From Gammaproteobacteria bacterium (GTDB lineage Bacteria > Pseudomonadota > Gammaproteobacteria > GCA-001735895): a stretch of DNA of 52,747 bases. The first letter of the stretch is position 1. Every line of letters starts with the position of its first letter. Shown piece by piece: positions 28,481-37,992 of the stretch. The DNA lies in the NCBI GenBank assembly GCA_041569645.1, contig JBFFXR010000002.1, positions 1 through 52,747 on the forward strand. Reading direction: 5' to 3'. Position numbers and translations under genes: made by a program. The notes beneath the pieces were generated by a model that made no database searches, was not told the origin of the DNA, and saw only the letters and a list, made by a program, of their open reading frames with translations.

Positions 28481-29395
28481 CTATATCGCCGCTTCGACCG
28501 GCTGGGCGTAAGAGATCGGCGCGGTAGACGCGTCCTCGAATGTGACTTCTTCCCAGGCGCTCTGATCGTCGAGCAGTGCGCGCAGCAGCCGATTGTTGAG
28601 CGCGTGGCCCGATTTGTATCCGGCGAAAGCACCGATCAGGCTGTGACCGAGCAGGTACAGATCGCCAATCGAATCGAGGATCTTGTGCTTGACGAACTCG
28701 TTGTCGTAGCGCAGGCCGTCCTCGTTGAGTACTCGGTAATCGTCGAGCACGATCGCGTTGTCCTGGCTACCGCCGAGCGCCAGATTGTTGGCGCGCAGAT
28801 GCTCGATGTCTCGCTGAAAACCGAAGGTACGCGCGCGACTGACTTCCTTGACGAACGAGGTCGTCGAAAAATTGATCGTGCAGACCTGTTTTTGCTTGGT
28901 GAACAACGGGTGATCGAAGTCGATCTCGAAGCTGACCTTGAAACCGTCGAAAGGGGTGAATTCGACCCACTTGTCGCCGTCTTCGACGCGCACCTTCTTT
29001 TTGATCTTGATGAATTTTTTCGCCGCGTTTTGCTCGACGATGCCGGCCGACTGGATCAGGAACACGAACGGCCCGGAACTGCCGTCCATGATCGGCACCT
29101 CATCGGCGCTGACGTCGATGTAGGCATTGTCGATACCAAGTCCGGCGATCGCCGAAAGCAGGTGTTCGACTGTCGAAATACGAACACCATCTTCGACCAG
29201 CGTGGTCGACAAGTTGGTGTCGCCGACCTTGTCCGGGCGGGCGAGGATTTCGACCGGTTCGTCGAGATCGATGCGACGAAATCGGATTCCGGAATCGATT
29301 GGAGCCGGCCGCAATGTCAGATAAACTTTTTTCCCTGTGTGCAAACCGACGCCCATGGCGCGGATTACATTTTTCAACGTGCGCTGTTTAATCAA
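28481..29395 (-). CDS. lpxC: UDP-3-O-acyl-N-acetylglucosamine deacetylase
   Basis: 304 aa; MIKQRTLKN...[32 protein letters not shown]. Confidence 0.95.
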   Translation of the reverse strand: MIKQRTLKNVIRAMGVGLHTGKKVYLTLRPAPIDSGIRFRRIDLDEPVEILARPDKVGDTNLSTTLVEDGVRISTVEHLLSAIAGLGIDNAYIDVSADEVPIMDGSSGPFVFLIQSAGIVEQNAAKKFIKIKKKVRVEDGDKWVEFTPFDGFKVSFEIDFDHPLFTKQKQVCTINFSTTSFVKEVSRARTFGFQRDIEHLRANNLALGGSQDNAIVLDDYRVLNEDGLRYDNEFVKHKILDSIGDLYLLGHSLIGAFAGYKSGHALNNRLLRALLDDQSAWEEVTFEDASTAPISYAQPVEAAI

Positions 29396-29581
29396 AACCG
29401 CTTCCCAAAAAAACGAGTAAAATCAGAAACTTGGCTAGGGTGGTTCTTATACCGCCAATGGACCGGTAATGATGGACGATTTCCCTCGGAAAATCAATCT
29501 CGTCGGTGAAAACGTCACACTAAACGCCTGAAAATGCTCACGGTTTCCAGGTCCATGTCATACCCCAGCCGATTCTCGGCA

Positions 29582-29965
29582 TCATCGATGCCGCTGATTC
29601 TGTCGGATCTTCGCTTTTTGCAGATCCAGTATGTAAGAGTGTAGTAGATTTTCCGCATCTTCGTGAATTTCTCGGAAGCAACAACGACACAGATCACGTT
29701 GCGTCGCAACCACCTCGAGCACGACCGGAAAAACCCGCTCCTGGCTCGACAGGCGAATCATCGCGCGCTTGCGTTCGCCATCCCGAAAACCGCTAGCGCG
29801 GAACGCGATTCCGCTGCCGCTGATATTGACCGCGCGATGCGATTTACCGTCGATCACAACGAGCACCGGGTCATCCTCGGCGCAGGCGATGCGATACGCG
29901 CTGCGGTGATCCTCGTGGCGCGACTCGAGTTTCAGATCGATGCTAGCTTTCTTTTTCCAGAACAA
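29582..29965 (-). CDS. single-domain PilZ protein (c-di-GMP receptor motifs intact)
   Basis: 127 aa, TTG start; RSAYR (RxxxR) and NISGSGI ((D/N)xSxxG). Start overlaps the motB 3' end by 23 nt. Confidence 0.75.
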   Translation of the reverse strand: MFWKKKASIDLKLESRHEDHRSAYRIACAEDDPVLVVIDGKSHRAVNISGSGIAFRASGFRDGERKRAMIRLSSQERVFPVVLEVVATQRDLCRCCFREIHEDAENLLHSYILDLQKAKIRQNQRHR

Positions 29966-30689
29966 ATTCGACTCTCCGGTTTCGCGCCCGGTTGTTCGGG
30001 TTGTCGTTGTCGACCAGCGGCAGGTAATCGGCGTAGCCGGTCGCGGTCATGCGTACCGGGTCGATACCCTGATCGATGAAATAGCGCAATACGGTCGTTG
30101 CGCGCACCGCCGACAGCTCCCAGTTGGAAGGAAACTGGGCGGTCGATATGGGCTCGTCATCGGTGTGGCCCCGGATCGCGATGCGGTAGTCCGGGTTTTC
30201 ACGAAACATCTGCGCGAGGTTGGCGAAGATGAATCGCGCGCGGTCCTTGAGTACGGCCGAACCCGAACCGAACAGAAAGCGACCGTCGATTTGCAGGTTG
30301 ATCTGGTCGCCGTCGAATTCTACCTGCACGCTGTCGGCGAGATCGGTGCTGTCGATCATGCTTTCCATTTCGCTGACCAGCGCGGGTTTCAGATTGTCGA
30401 CCGCGGCATCGGCAGGGTTCATGCCGAGCATGTCCTCGACCGGCTTGATCGGCTGCGGATTGCGGCCCTTGCGCGTGGCGAAATCGATGACGCTGACCTG
30501 GTTGCCGTCGCCGTCGATGACCTGTACCGACTCGACCAGCTGCTTGTAAGCTTCGTCCTCGAAGTCGGCGAGCGTATACAGCAGGATGAAGAAGACCAGG
30601 ATTAGCGTCATCATGTCGGCGAAGGTCACGACCCACGCGCTGCCGCCCTCGTCGTCTTCGACCATGTCGCTGAAAGATCGCGCCGACAT
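29943..30689 (-). CDS. motB: MotB-type stator protein (OmpA-like peptidoglycan-binding domain)
   Basis: 248 aa; WVVTFADMMTLILVFFILL with the conserved channel Asp, C-terminal OmpA motif IRGHTDDEPI...NWELSAVRA...NRRVEF. Confidence 0.85.
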   Translation of the reverse strand: MSARSFSDMVEDDEGGSAWVVTFADMMTLILVFFILLYTLADFEDEAYKQLVESVQVIDGDGNQVSVIDFATRKGRNPQPIKPVEDMLGMNPADAAVDNLKPALVSEMESMIDSTDLADSVQVEFDGDQINLQIDGRFLFGSGSAVLKDRARFIFANLAQMFRENPDYRIAIRGHTDDEPISTAQFPSNWELSAVRATTVLRYFIDQGIDPVRMTATGYADYLPLVDNDNPNNRARNRRVEFVLEKES

Positions 30690-31462
30690 CAGGCGCGCTG
30701 CCTCAGTTTCTGCATCGGTTTGCGTTTCTTGGCCGGCACGAATGACGACAGCTTCTCGTAAACCGAAAGCGGGTTATTGTCCTGCAGAATGCTGATCGCG
30801 CCCTGGTAGATGATCTCGAAGTTCATGATCTCGGCAAGCGTGCGCGACTTGAGCTTGCCGGCGATCGGCAGGAAGATCGCGGTCGACAGCAGCGTACCGT
30901 AAAACGTCGTCAGCAATGCAATCGCCATCGCCGGGCCGAGGTTGTCGGGCGTCGCCAGCATCGACAGCATCTGGATGAGACCGATCAGCGTACCGAGCAT
31001 GCCGAAAGACGGTGCGTACATCGCCATCTTGCGAAACACATCCTGCACGACGAAGTGACGCATGCGCATCGAATCGATCTCGGTGCGCATCGCCGAGCGC
31101 AGCGTTTCCTCGTCGGCGGCGTCCGCGATCAGCGTGCAGACCCGTTTGAGAAACGGCGAATTGGTCTTGACGTCCATCAGGCTCAGCAAGCCCTTGCGGC
31201 GGCTGATCGTGCCGAGCTTGATCATCGTGTTGATCAGTTCCTGCGAATCCTGCTTGGGCGACGAAAACACGAAGTAGGCGCTCTTGAATGCGCTGACGAC
31301 GTCGCGAAACTGAAACGTCAGCAAGGTCGCTGCCATCGTACCGCCCATGACGATCATGATGCCGGGCAGGTTCATGAAATTGTGCACCTCGCCACCGAGT
31401 ATGATCGCCGCGACGATCAAACCGATTCCCGAGATGATGCCGATCAGCGAGGCAAGATCCAT
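30689..31462 (-). CDS. motA: MotA-type stator / proton-channel protein
   Basis: ATG at 31462 (MDLASLIGI, typical MotA/PomA start) preferred over the track GTG at 31528. 4 TM helices, APSFGMLGTLIGL and LTTFYGTLL motifs. TGATG overlap with motB. Confidence 0.82.
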   Translation of the reverse strand: MDLASLIGIISGIGLIVAAIILGGEVHNFMNLPGIMIVMGGTMAATLLTFQFRDVVSAFKSAYFVFSSPKQDSQELINTMIKLGTISRRKGLLSLMDVKTNSPFLKRVCTLIADAADEETLRSAMRTEIDSMRMRHFVVQDVFRKMAMYAPSFGMLGTLIGLIQMLSMLATPDNLGPAMAIALLTTFYGTLLSTAIFLPIAGKLKSRTLAEIMNFEIIYQGAISILQDNNPLSVYEKLSSFVPAKKRKPMQKLRQRA

Positions 31463-31608
31463 GCGCGGTCTGCAATCTGGTTTTGTGACGCTTGAAGTAT
31501 CGGCCGCGAGGCCAATATCTTGAGCCACGTCGAGGCCGCGACAGCTGCGCCCGGCTTTATTTCAACCCGGTGCGGTGAGACACCCGAGACGGTCGTCGAC
31601 GGAGGGTA

Positions 31609-31947
31609 ATGATGGTATCCAGTGGGCGCGCGCGCAGCCGGGTCGAACTGGTCGAGCTCATCAACCAGGCCCTCGATGCGGTCGAGGATTTACGCGCCGC
31701 GATCGAGTTCGACGAGGACTACGTCGACGACAACAGCCTCATCGTCGAGCCGCTGTCGAACGGGCTGTCTGACGTGCTGATCGCGATTCGCAACGGCGAG
31801 TACCATCCCGGCGAGCGCGACTGGTTCGAATTCCTCGAAGGCATTCGCGACATGGATCATCGCGCATTACCCTTCTGGCCGCTATTGCGGCGGATTATCG
31901 ATACCCACGAACAGGGCTACCAGACCGATGATCGACATGCGGATTAA
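31609..31947 (+). CDS. hypothetical acidic cytoplasmic protein, no family recognised
   Basis: 112 aa; strong GGAGGG Shine-Dalgarno 5 nt upstream of ATGATG; no TM segment or motif I recognise. Confidence 0.55.
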   Translation: MMVSSGRARSRVELVELINQALDAVEDLRAAIEFDEDYVDDNSLIVEPLSNGLSDVLIAIRNGEYHPGERDWFEFLEGIRDMDHRALPFWPLLRRIIDTHEQGYQTDDRHAD

Positions 31948-32489
31948 ACCCGGATGAAGTGCTCGCGGTAGTACTTCAGTTCGTCGATCGATTCGAGAAT
32001 GTCGTCAAGCGCCAGGTGCGCACCCTTTTTGGCGAAGCCGCCGACGAGATCCGGCTTCCACAGGCGCGCCAGCTCCTTGAGCGTGCTGACGTCGAGATTG
32101 CGGTAGTGAAAAAAAACTTCGAGCTCGGGCATCAGGCGCGCGAGGAAGCGGCGATCCTGGCAAATGCTGTTGCCGCACATCGGCGACCGCCCCGGCGGCA
32201 CCCAGGCGCGCAGGAATTCGAGCGTCTCGCGTTCGGCCTCCGCCGCGCTGCTCGAACTCGAACGCACGCGACCGATCAGACCCGAGGCGCCGTGATGCCG
32301 GGTGTTCCATTCATCCATCCCGGCAATGACCTCTTCGGGCTGGTGGATGGCGATAACCGGACCCTGCGCCAGCACCGCGAGATGCGGGTCGGTGACGACG
32401 GTCGCGATCTCGATGATCTGGTCTCGCTGCGGATCCAGGCCGGTCATTTCGAGATCGATCCAGATGAGATTGTTGTCGTTCAGCGTCAT
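31944..32489 (-). CDS. orn: oligoribonuclease
   Basis: 181 aa; [29 protein letters not shown] nearly identical in pattern to E. coli Orn. Confidence 0.95.
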   Translation of the reverse strand: MTLNDNNLIWIDLEMTGLDPQRDQIIEIATVVTDPHLAVLAQGPVIAIHQPEEVIAGMDEWNTRHHGASGLIGRVRSSSSSAAEAERETLEFLRAWVPPGRSPMCGNSICQDRRFLARLMPELEVFFHYRNLDVSTLKELARLWKPDLVGGFAKKGAHLALDDILESIDELKYYREHFIRV

Positions 32490-32559
32490 CCGCTGCTCCC
32501 GTCTACAGGCAGGCCTAGATGCGCTAAACTATAGCAAGTTTTCCAGTCCACATTGGCCG

Positions 32560-33825
32560 ATGCCGGTATTCACCGCCGTATTCCTAAGTTTCGTCACCGC
32601 AACCGTCATCGTTCGCCTGTGGCTCGGTCAACGCCAGATACGGCATATCCGTGCCCACTACGATCGCGTGCCGCCGGCCTTCGCCGACCGCATTTCGCTC
32701 GACGATCATCGTCGCGCCGCCGATTACAGCTGCACCAAGCTGCGCTTCGGCCGCGTTCTGCTGGCCTGGGAAACCCTGTGGTTGTTGCTATGGACACTCG
32801 GCGGCGGTATCGATTTGCTCGACCGCAGCTGGGCGGGATTCGACTACCCGCAACTGATCGGCGGAATGCTCGTCATCTTCTCGCTGTTGATTCTTTCGTC
32901 GCTGCTCGGCCTGCCGTTTTCGTGGTACAGCACTTTCGTCATCGAGGAGCGCTTCGGCTTCAACCAGACGACGCTGACCACGTGGATCAAGGATTTGCTC
33001 AAGACCGCGGTGCTCGTGGCCGTGCTCGGCGTGCCGCTGCTGGCGGCAATCCTGTGGCTGATGCAGCGCGCCGGCGAATACTGGTGGTTGTACGCCTGGG
33101 CGCTGTGGATGGCCTTCAGCCTGACGATGATTTGGGCCTATCCGGCGTTCATCGCGCCGCTGTTCAATACTTTCAGCCGACTCGAAGACGAAAGCCTGCG
33201 CGCGCGTATCGAGGCTCTGCTCGAGCGTTGCGGATTTCATAGCCAGGGTGTTTACGTCGTCGACGGTTCGCGTCGTTCGTCGCACGGTAATGCCTACTTC
33301 ACCGGATTCGGCCGCAATAAGCGCATCGTGTTTTTCGATACCTTGCTCGATACGCTGTCGCCCAATGAGGTCGAGGCCGTGCTGGCGCACGAACTCGGCC
33401 ATTTCAAGCGCCATCACATCAAGAAGTCGTTGCTGTTGTCGGCGGCATTTTCGTTCGCCGGATTCGCCCTGCTCGCCTGGTTGATGCGTTCCGACTGGTT
33501 TTATTCGGGGCTCGGCGTGTCGTCCCCGTCGACGCACGCCGCAATCATCCTGTTCCTGCTCGTGATGCCGATATTCACCTACTTCATCAGTCCGCTTTTC
33601 TCGGCGCTTTCGCGCAAGCACGAGTTCGAAGCCGACGAGTTCGCTCATGCCAACAGCGATTATCGCGCGCTGATTTCGGCGCTGGTGAACCTCTACCGCG
33701 ACAACGCCAGCACGCTGACGCCGGATCCGTTACACTCGATATTCTACGATTCGCATCCCCCCGCGACGATACGCATCGACCATCTCGAAACCCTGGCGAC
33801 TGACGGCCGCGGGTACCACGACTGA
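32560..33825 (+). CDS. M48 family (Ste24/HtpX-like) zinc metallopeptidase
   Basis: ATG at 32560 (MPVFTAVFLSF) within track ORF 32302..33825; multiple TM helices; HELGHFKRHH (HExxH) and downstream EFEADEFA. Confidence 0.85.
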   Translation: MPVFTAVFLSFVTATVIVRLWLGQRQIRHIRAHYDRVPPAFADRISLDDHRRAADYSCTKLRFGRVLLAWETLWLLLWTLGGGIDLLDRSWAGFDYPQLIGGMLVIFSLLILSSLLGLPFSWYSTFVIEERFGFNQTTLTTWIKDLLKTAVLVAVLGVPLLAAILWLMQRAGEYWWLYAWALWMAFSLTMIWAYPAFIAPLFNTFSRLEDESLRARIEALLERCGFHSQGVYVVDGSRRSSHGNAYFTGFGRNKRIVFFDTLLDTLSPNEVEAVLAHELGHFKRHHIKKSLLLSAAFSFAGFALLAWLMRSDWFYSGLGVSSPSTHAAIILFLLVMPIFTYFISPLFSALSRKHEFEADEFAHANSDYRALISALVNLYRDNASTLTPDPLHSIFYDSHPPATIRIDHLETLATDGRGYHD

Positions 33826-33849
33826 TGCCGGGTAACGCGGCTCCGGACA

Positions 33850-34809
33850 GTGGCGAAACGGCGGCTTAGCCGGCAGCAGCAGCGCCGGATAAGCGCGGGC
33901 CAGCGCGCCGAGGCCGGACGCGATGATAGCCTCCACGGCCGCATCGTTTCGCATCAGGGCAAACGGGTATTGATCGAGATCGCACCCGCGAGGGTCGGCG
34001 AGGCGCGTATCCGCGCAAACCTCGGCACGCTCGTCTGCGGCGATCGGGTCGCGGTCGAGATGACCGCCGGCGGCGAGCTGCGCGTCGTCGCCGTGCTGCC
34101 GCGCGACAATCTGCTGCAGCGCGTCGACGGCTACGGCCAGGCGCGCGCGGTGGCCGCCAACCTCAGCCGGCTGTTCGTTTGCCTGGCGGTAGCACCCGAG
34201 CCCAACCTGTTGTTGCTCGACGAATACCTGCTGTCGGCCGAGCAGCAGGCAATCGACGCGCAAATACTGCTCAACAAGATCGACCTTGCGCCGGGCGTCG
34301 ATGATCCCTTCGAATTACGCCGGATCTATGCTCCGCTGGGTTACCCGGTCCTGCACACGAGTGTCAGGAGCGGCGCCGGCATGGCGGATTTCGAGCGCAG
34401 CCTGCCCGGCCAGGTGTCAGTATTGAGCGGCGTCTCCGGAGTCGGCAAATCCTCGCTGACGCAGTATTTGCTGCCCGACGAGGAAATCAAGATCGCCGAG
34501 CTGTCGGCGCACGCCGACGAAGGCCGCCACACGACTCGCGCGAGCCGGCTCTATCACTTGCCGAAGGGGGGTGACCTGATCGATACGCCCGGCGTGCGTG
34601 GATTCAGCCCCTTCGTCGACGCCGAACGCTCGCCGGCACAGGGCTTTCGCGAGATCCACGCGCGCGCGACCGGCTGCCGCTTCAACGATTGCCGACACGC
34701 CAACGAACCGGGTTGCGCGGTCATTGCCGCGGTCGAGGACGGCACGATCGCGGCGTCGCGCTACCGCAACTATCTGAAACTGCTCGAACGTCCGGCCACG
34801 CCGGGTTGA
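33850..34809 (+). CDS. rsgA: ribosome small-subunit biogenesis GTPase RsgA
   Basis: 319 aa; N-terminal KRRLSRQQQRRI, LNKIDL (G4), GVSGVGKSSL (G1), DTPGV (G3), zinc motif CRFNDCRHANEPGCAV. Confidence 0.92.
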   Translation: MAKRRLSRQQQRRISAGQRAEAGRDDSLHGRIVSHQGKRVLIEIAPARVGEARIRANLGTLVCGDRVAVEMTAGGELRVVAVLPRDNLLQRVDGYGQARAVAANLSRLFVCLAVAPEPNLLLLDEYLLSAEQQAIDAQILLNKIDLAPGVDDPFELRRIYAPLGYPVLHTSVRSGAGMADFERSLPGQVSVLSGVSGVGKSSLTQYLLPDEEIKIAELSAHADEGRHTTRASRLYHLPKGGDLIDTPGVRGFSPFVDAERSPAQGFREIHARATGCRFNDCRHANEPGCAVIAAVEDGTIAASRYRNYLKLLERPATPG

Positions 34810-34827
34810 AGCGCGCCGCCCGGTCGG

Positions 34828-35175
34828 TCAGCTGCCGGCGAGGCCGCGCAGCTGGCGGCCGCCGATCAGGTGCAGGTGCAGGTGGAAAACTTCCTGGCAG
34901 CCGTGGCGGTTGCAATTGATTACGAGCCGGTAACCGTCCTCGGCAATGCCGGCGTCGGCGGCGAGTCGCTGGGCGGTCAGCACCAGTTTGCCGATCAGTT
35001 CGGCCTGCTCGGGCCGGATATCGTTGACCGTCGCGATTTCGACCTTCGGCACGATCAGCAGATGCACCGGCGCCTGCGGATTGATGTCGCGGAAGGCGAT
35101 GATTTCATCGTCTTCGTAGACGATGTCTGCGGGCAACTCCTTGCGAATGATTCTGGAAAAGATGGTATCTGCCAC
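34828..35175 (-). CDS. histidine triad (HIT) nucleotide-binding protein
   Basis: 115 aa; FSRIIRKELPADIVYEDD...HLHLHLIGG histidine triad. Confidence 0.9.
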   Translation of the reverse strand: MADTIFSRIIRKELPADIVYEDDEIIAFRDINPQAPVHLLIVPKVEIATVNDIRPEQAELIGKLVLTAQRLAADAGIAEDGYRLVINCNRHGCQEVFHLHLHLIGGRQLRGLAGS

Positions 35176-35196
35176 AAGCCCTCCGAAAACCAGGCG

Positions 35197-35793
35197 TTAC
35201 TGAAACTGCTGTCGACCATCGAGCGCCCGCGACAGCGTGCCGCTGTCGACGAACTCGAGCTCGCCGCCGAGCGGAATACCGCGCGCGAGCCGACTGCTGC
35301 GAATGCCGTGGCGGCTGGCGAGATCGGCAATATACTGCGCGGTGATATCGCCCTCGATGGTCGCGCTGGTGGCCAGGATGATTTCGCCGATCCCGCCATC
35401 CGCGAGTTCTGCCTCGAGCGCGTCGAGCCCGAGTTCGTCGGGACCGAAACCGTCGAGCGGTGAAAGCCGTCCGAGCAATACGAAGTAACGCCCGCGATAA
35501 GCACCCGAGGATTCGACGGCGAGCACGTCGGCCGGTGTTTCGACGACGCAGATCGTCGCCTGGTCGCGGTCTGCATCGGAGCACACCGGGCACAGCGCCT
35601 GGTCGGAAAAATTACGGCAACGCTCGCAGTGCCCGACCCGCTCGAGGGCCTCGGTGATGGTCTCGGCGAGCTGGCGAGCACCGTCGCGGTCTCGCTCGAG
35701 CAGATGCAGGGCCATGCGTTGCGCCGACTTGCGCCCGACCCCGGGCAGGCAGGTGAGCGCCGCGATCAGCGCATCGAGACTGGCCGAGGACAT
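35197..35793 (-). CDS. recR: recombination protein RecR
   Basis: 198 aa; [17 protein letters not shown] HhH, CxxC...CxxC zinc finger (CERCRNF...CPVCSD), Toprim. Confidence 0.94.
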   Translation of the reverse strand: MSSASLDALIAALTCLPGVGRKSAQRMALHLLERDRDGARQLAETITEALERVGHCERCRNFSDQALCPVCSDADRDQATICVVETPADVLAVESSGAYRGRYFVLLGRLSPLDGFGPDELGLDALEAELADGGIGEIILATSATIEGDITAQYIADLASRHGIRSSRLARGIPLGGELEFVDSGTLSRALDGRQQFQ

Positions 35794-35796
35794 GGG

Positions 35797-36120
35797 CTAG
35801 AACGGAAGTTTGAAACCCGGTGGCAGGTTCAGACCCGCGGTGATTTCCTGCATTGCCGCCTGGTTGGACTTCTCGACCTTGTGGACCGCGTCGTTGATCG
35901 CCGCGGCGATCAGATCTTCGAGCATTTCGTGATCTTCGCCTGTGAGCTCGGGATCGATCCGCACCTGGCTGACTTCGTGCGTGCCTCGCATGACGACCGA
36001 CACCATGCCGCCACCGGCTTCGCCGGTGACTTCGCGATTCGCCAGCTCACGCTGCGCCTTTTGCAGGTTGTCCTGCATTTCCTGCGCTTTTTTCATCATG
36101 TCGCCGAGCGCGCCTTTCAT
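35797..36120 (-). CDS. ybaB: nucleoid-associated protein YbaB/EbfC
   Basis: 107 aa from ATG at 36120 (MKGALGDMMKKAQEMQDNLQKAQ). The 234-aa track ORF extends upstream into the dnaX 3' end in another frame. Confidence 0.9.
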   Translation of the reverse strand: MKGALGDMMKKAQEMQDNLQKAQRELANREVTGEAGGGMVSVVMRGTHEVSQVRIDPELTGEDHEMLEDLIAAAINDAVHKVEKSNQAAMQEITAGLNLPPGFKLPF

Positions 36121-36136
36121 GCTTCTACCTCTATCA

Positions 36137-37711
36137 TCACTCGCGATCGTCGGTCTTGACGACGCTCGATTCGTCGAGTTCCGCGGCCAGCGCGTGGCCG
36201 AGTTTGCGCACCACTCGATCGTCGCGAATCGCCGCGATGACCGCGTTGCGTTCGTCCTCCAACTGCCGATCCCTGGCTTCGACCGGGGTCGACGAACCCA
36301 ATCCGGACGAGGCCGTGAACTCGATTCGCAATGATAACCCAAGACGCCGCTCGAGAGCTTGCCTAATTTCCGCCGCCAGCGGCGGGGTAAGCAAATCGTG
36401 GATCTCCTGCCGCAGGCCAAGCTCGAGACGCTCCGGGCCCTGCTCGATGACCAGACTGTTGGCAACGATTTGCCGTGCGAGACCGCCGAGTTCGAGTTCA
36501 TAGGCGAGCGTCGACCAGTCGCCGATCGTGGTATCCCGATCGACCGCCGCAGCCGATCCGTCGGCGGCCGGCTGCGACGGTGTCAGCTCAGGCTTTTTTT
36601 TTTCGGGCGACGCCGCAGCCACGGCATTTGCGGGCGTAAAGGCGTGCAGGCGCAACATCAGCATTTCGAAGCCGGCAGCCGAGTCGGGCGCGAGCAGCAG
36701 ATCGTGGCGCCCCTGCAGCAGGATCTGGTAGTAGAGCTGAATTTCTTCGGCCGTCCACGCGGCGGCGCAGCGCTCGAGCAGTTCGGAGGAAAAAAATTCT
36801 TCCTCGACCAGCGCCGGATCCTGCCGGTAGAGGGCAAGCTGCTGCAACAAGGCGAGCATTTCGGCACAAACCCGCTGGTAATCGGGGTTGTGTTCGATCA
36901 CCGTGCGCGCCTCGCGGATCAGGCCCGCGGCATCGTGCGCGAGCAAAGAATCGAACAGGCGCTCGAGATATTCGCGCGAGATCGTACCGAGCATCGCTTC
37001 GACGACTTCGCTGCCAACTTCGCCGGCGCCGTAGGCGATGGCCTGGTCGAGCAAGCTCAGCGCATCGCGCATGCTGCCGTCGGCGGCGGCCGCGAGCTGC
37101 GCGAGCGCGGCCGGCTCGGCCTTGACCTGCTCGGCTTCGACCAGCCGCTGCAGCTGGCCGCCGATTTGTGTCCGGGACATACGCTTGAGACTGAATTGCA
37201 GGCAGCGCGACAATACCGTAACCGGCACTTTTTGCGGATCGGTGGTTGCCAGCAGGAACTTGACGTGCGGCGGCGGCTCCTCGAGCGTCTTGAGCAACGC
37301 ATTGAAGCTGTGCTTCGACAGCATGTGGACTTCGTCGATCAGGTAGATCTTGAAGCGCCCGCGGGTCGGCGCGTACTGCACGTTGTCGAGCAGCTCGCGC
37401 ATGTCGTCGACGCCGGTGCGCGAGGCAGCGTCGATCTCGAGCAGATCGACGCTGCGTCCCTCGTCGATTTCGGCGCAGGACGCGCAAGCGTTGCACGGCT
37501 CGGCGGTGACGCCTTTCTCGCAATTGAGCGCCTTGGCGAAAATTCGTCCGAGGGTCGTCTTGCCGACTCCGCGCGTGCCGCTGAACAGGTAGGCGTGGTG
37601 CAGGCGTTCGTCGCCGAGCGCGTTGACCAGGGCCTGCACGACGTGCTCCTGGCCGACCATCTGTCCGAAGTCGGCAGGCCGCCATTTGCGCGCTAATGCC
37701 TGGTAACTCAT
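36137..37711 (-). CDS. dnaX: DNA polymerase III subunit tau (full-length dnaX product)
   Basis: 524 aa; YQALARKWRP, GTRGVGKTT Walker A, zinc module CEKGVTAEPCNACASC, IDEVHML. Confidence 0.94.
   Translation of the reverse strand: MSYQALARKWRPADFGQMVGQEHVVQALVNALGDERLHHAYLFSGTRGVGKTTLGRIFAKALNCEKGVTAEPCNACASCAEIDEGRSVDLLEIDAASRTGVDDMRELLDNVQYAPTRGRFKIYLIDEVHMLSKHSFNALLKTLEEPPPHVKFLLATTDPQKVPVTVLSRCLQFSLKRMSRTQIGGQLQRLVEAEQVKAEPAALAQLAAAADGSMRDALSLLDQAIAYGAGEVGSEVVEAMLGTISREYLERLFDSLLAHDAAGLIREARTVIEHNPDYQRVCAEMLALLQQLALYRQDPALVEEEFFSSELLERCAAAWTAEEIQLYYQILLQGRHDLLLAPDSAAGFEMLMLRLHAFTPANAVAAASPEKKKPELTPSQPAADGSAAAVDRDTTIGDWSTLAYELELGGLARQIVANSLVIEQGPERLELGLRQEIHDLLTPPLAAEIRQALERRLGLSLRIEFTASSGLGSSTPVEARDRQLEDERNAVIAAIRDDRVVRKLGHALAAELDESSVVKTDDRE
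36588..36603 (-). promoter_or_regulatory. dnaX: candidate programmed -1 frameshift (or slippage) site producing the gamma subunit
   Basis: The zero frame reads GAA AAA AAA AAG CCU GAG (10-A run plus G), containing A_AAA_AAG. The -1 frame reads AAA AAA AAA GCC UGA, i.e. one extra Ala then stop at 36590-36588. Confidence 0.6.
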
Positions 37712-37751
37712 AGGGATATTTCGCGGCCCGCCGCCTGGTGCTGAAATTGGC

Positions 37752-37862
<111 letters not shown>

Positions 37863-37992
37863 ATGGAAAGTCCGAAAGTGTATCGCCAAGGCGGCCGTCC
37901 TGGCAAGGCGCGGTCACATCGCCGCGCTTGTTTTGTCGACTATTTCACCCGAGAATATGGCGCCCCGGCGAGACCGCTCGCGAGAGTTCCCG

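Noticed and set aside
29515-29709. 64-aa ORF overlapping the 3' end of the PilZ gene.
   Set aside because: It is out of frame with a gene carrying clear PilZ motifs, and has no RBS or recognisable features.
29943-31462. MotA/MotB homologs as ZorA/ZorB of a Zorya-type anti-phage system.
   Set aside because: The MotA-like protein is of ordinary stator length with no long C-terminal tail. No ZorC/D/E-like genes follow; the next gene is a PilZ. The neighbourhood (orn, rsgA) matches the conserved position of flagellar motAB in Pseudomonas.
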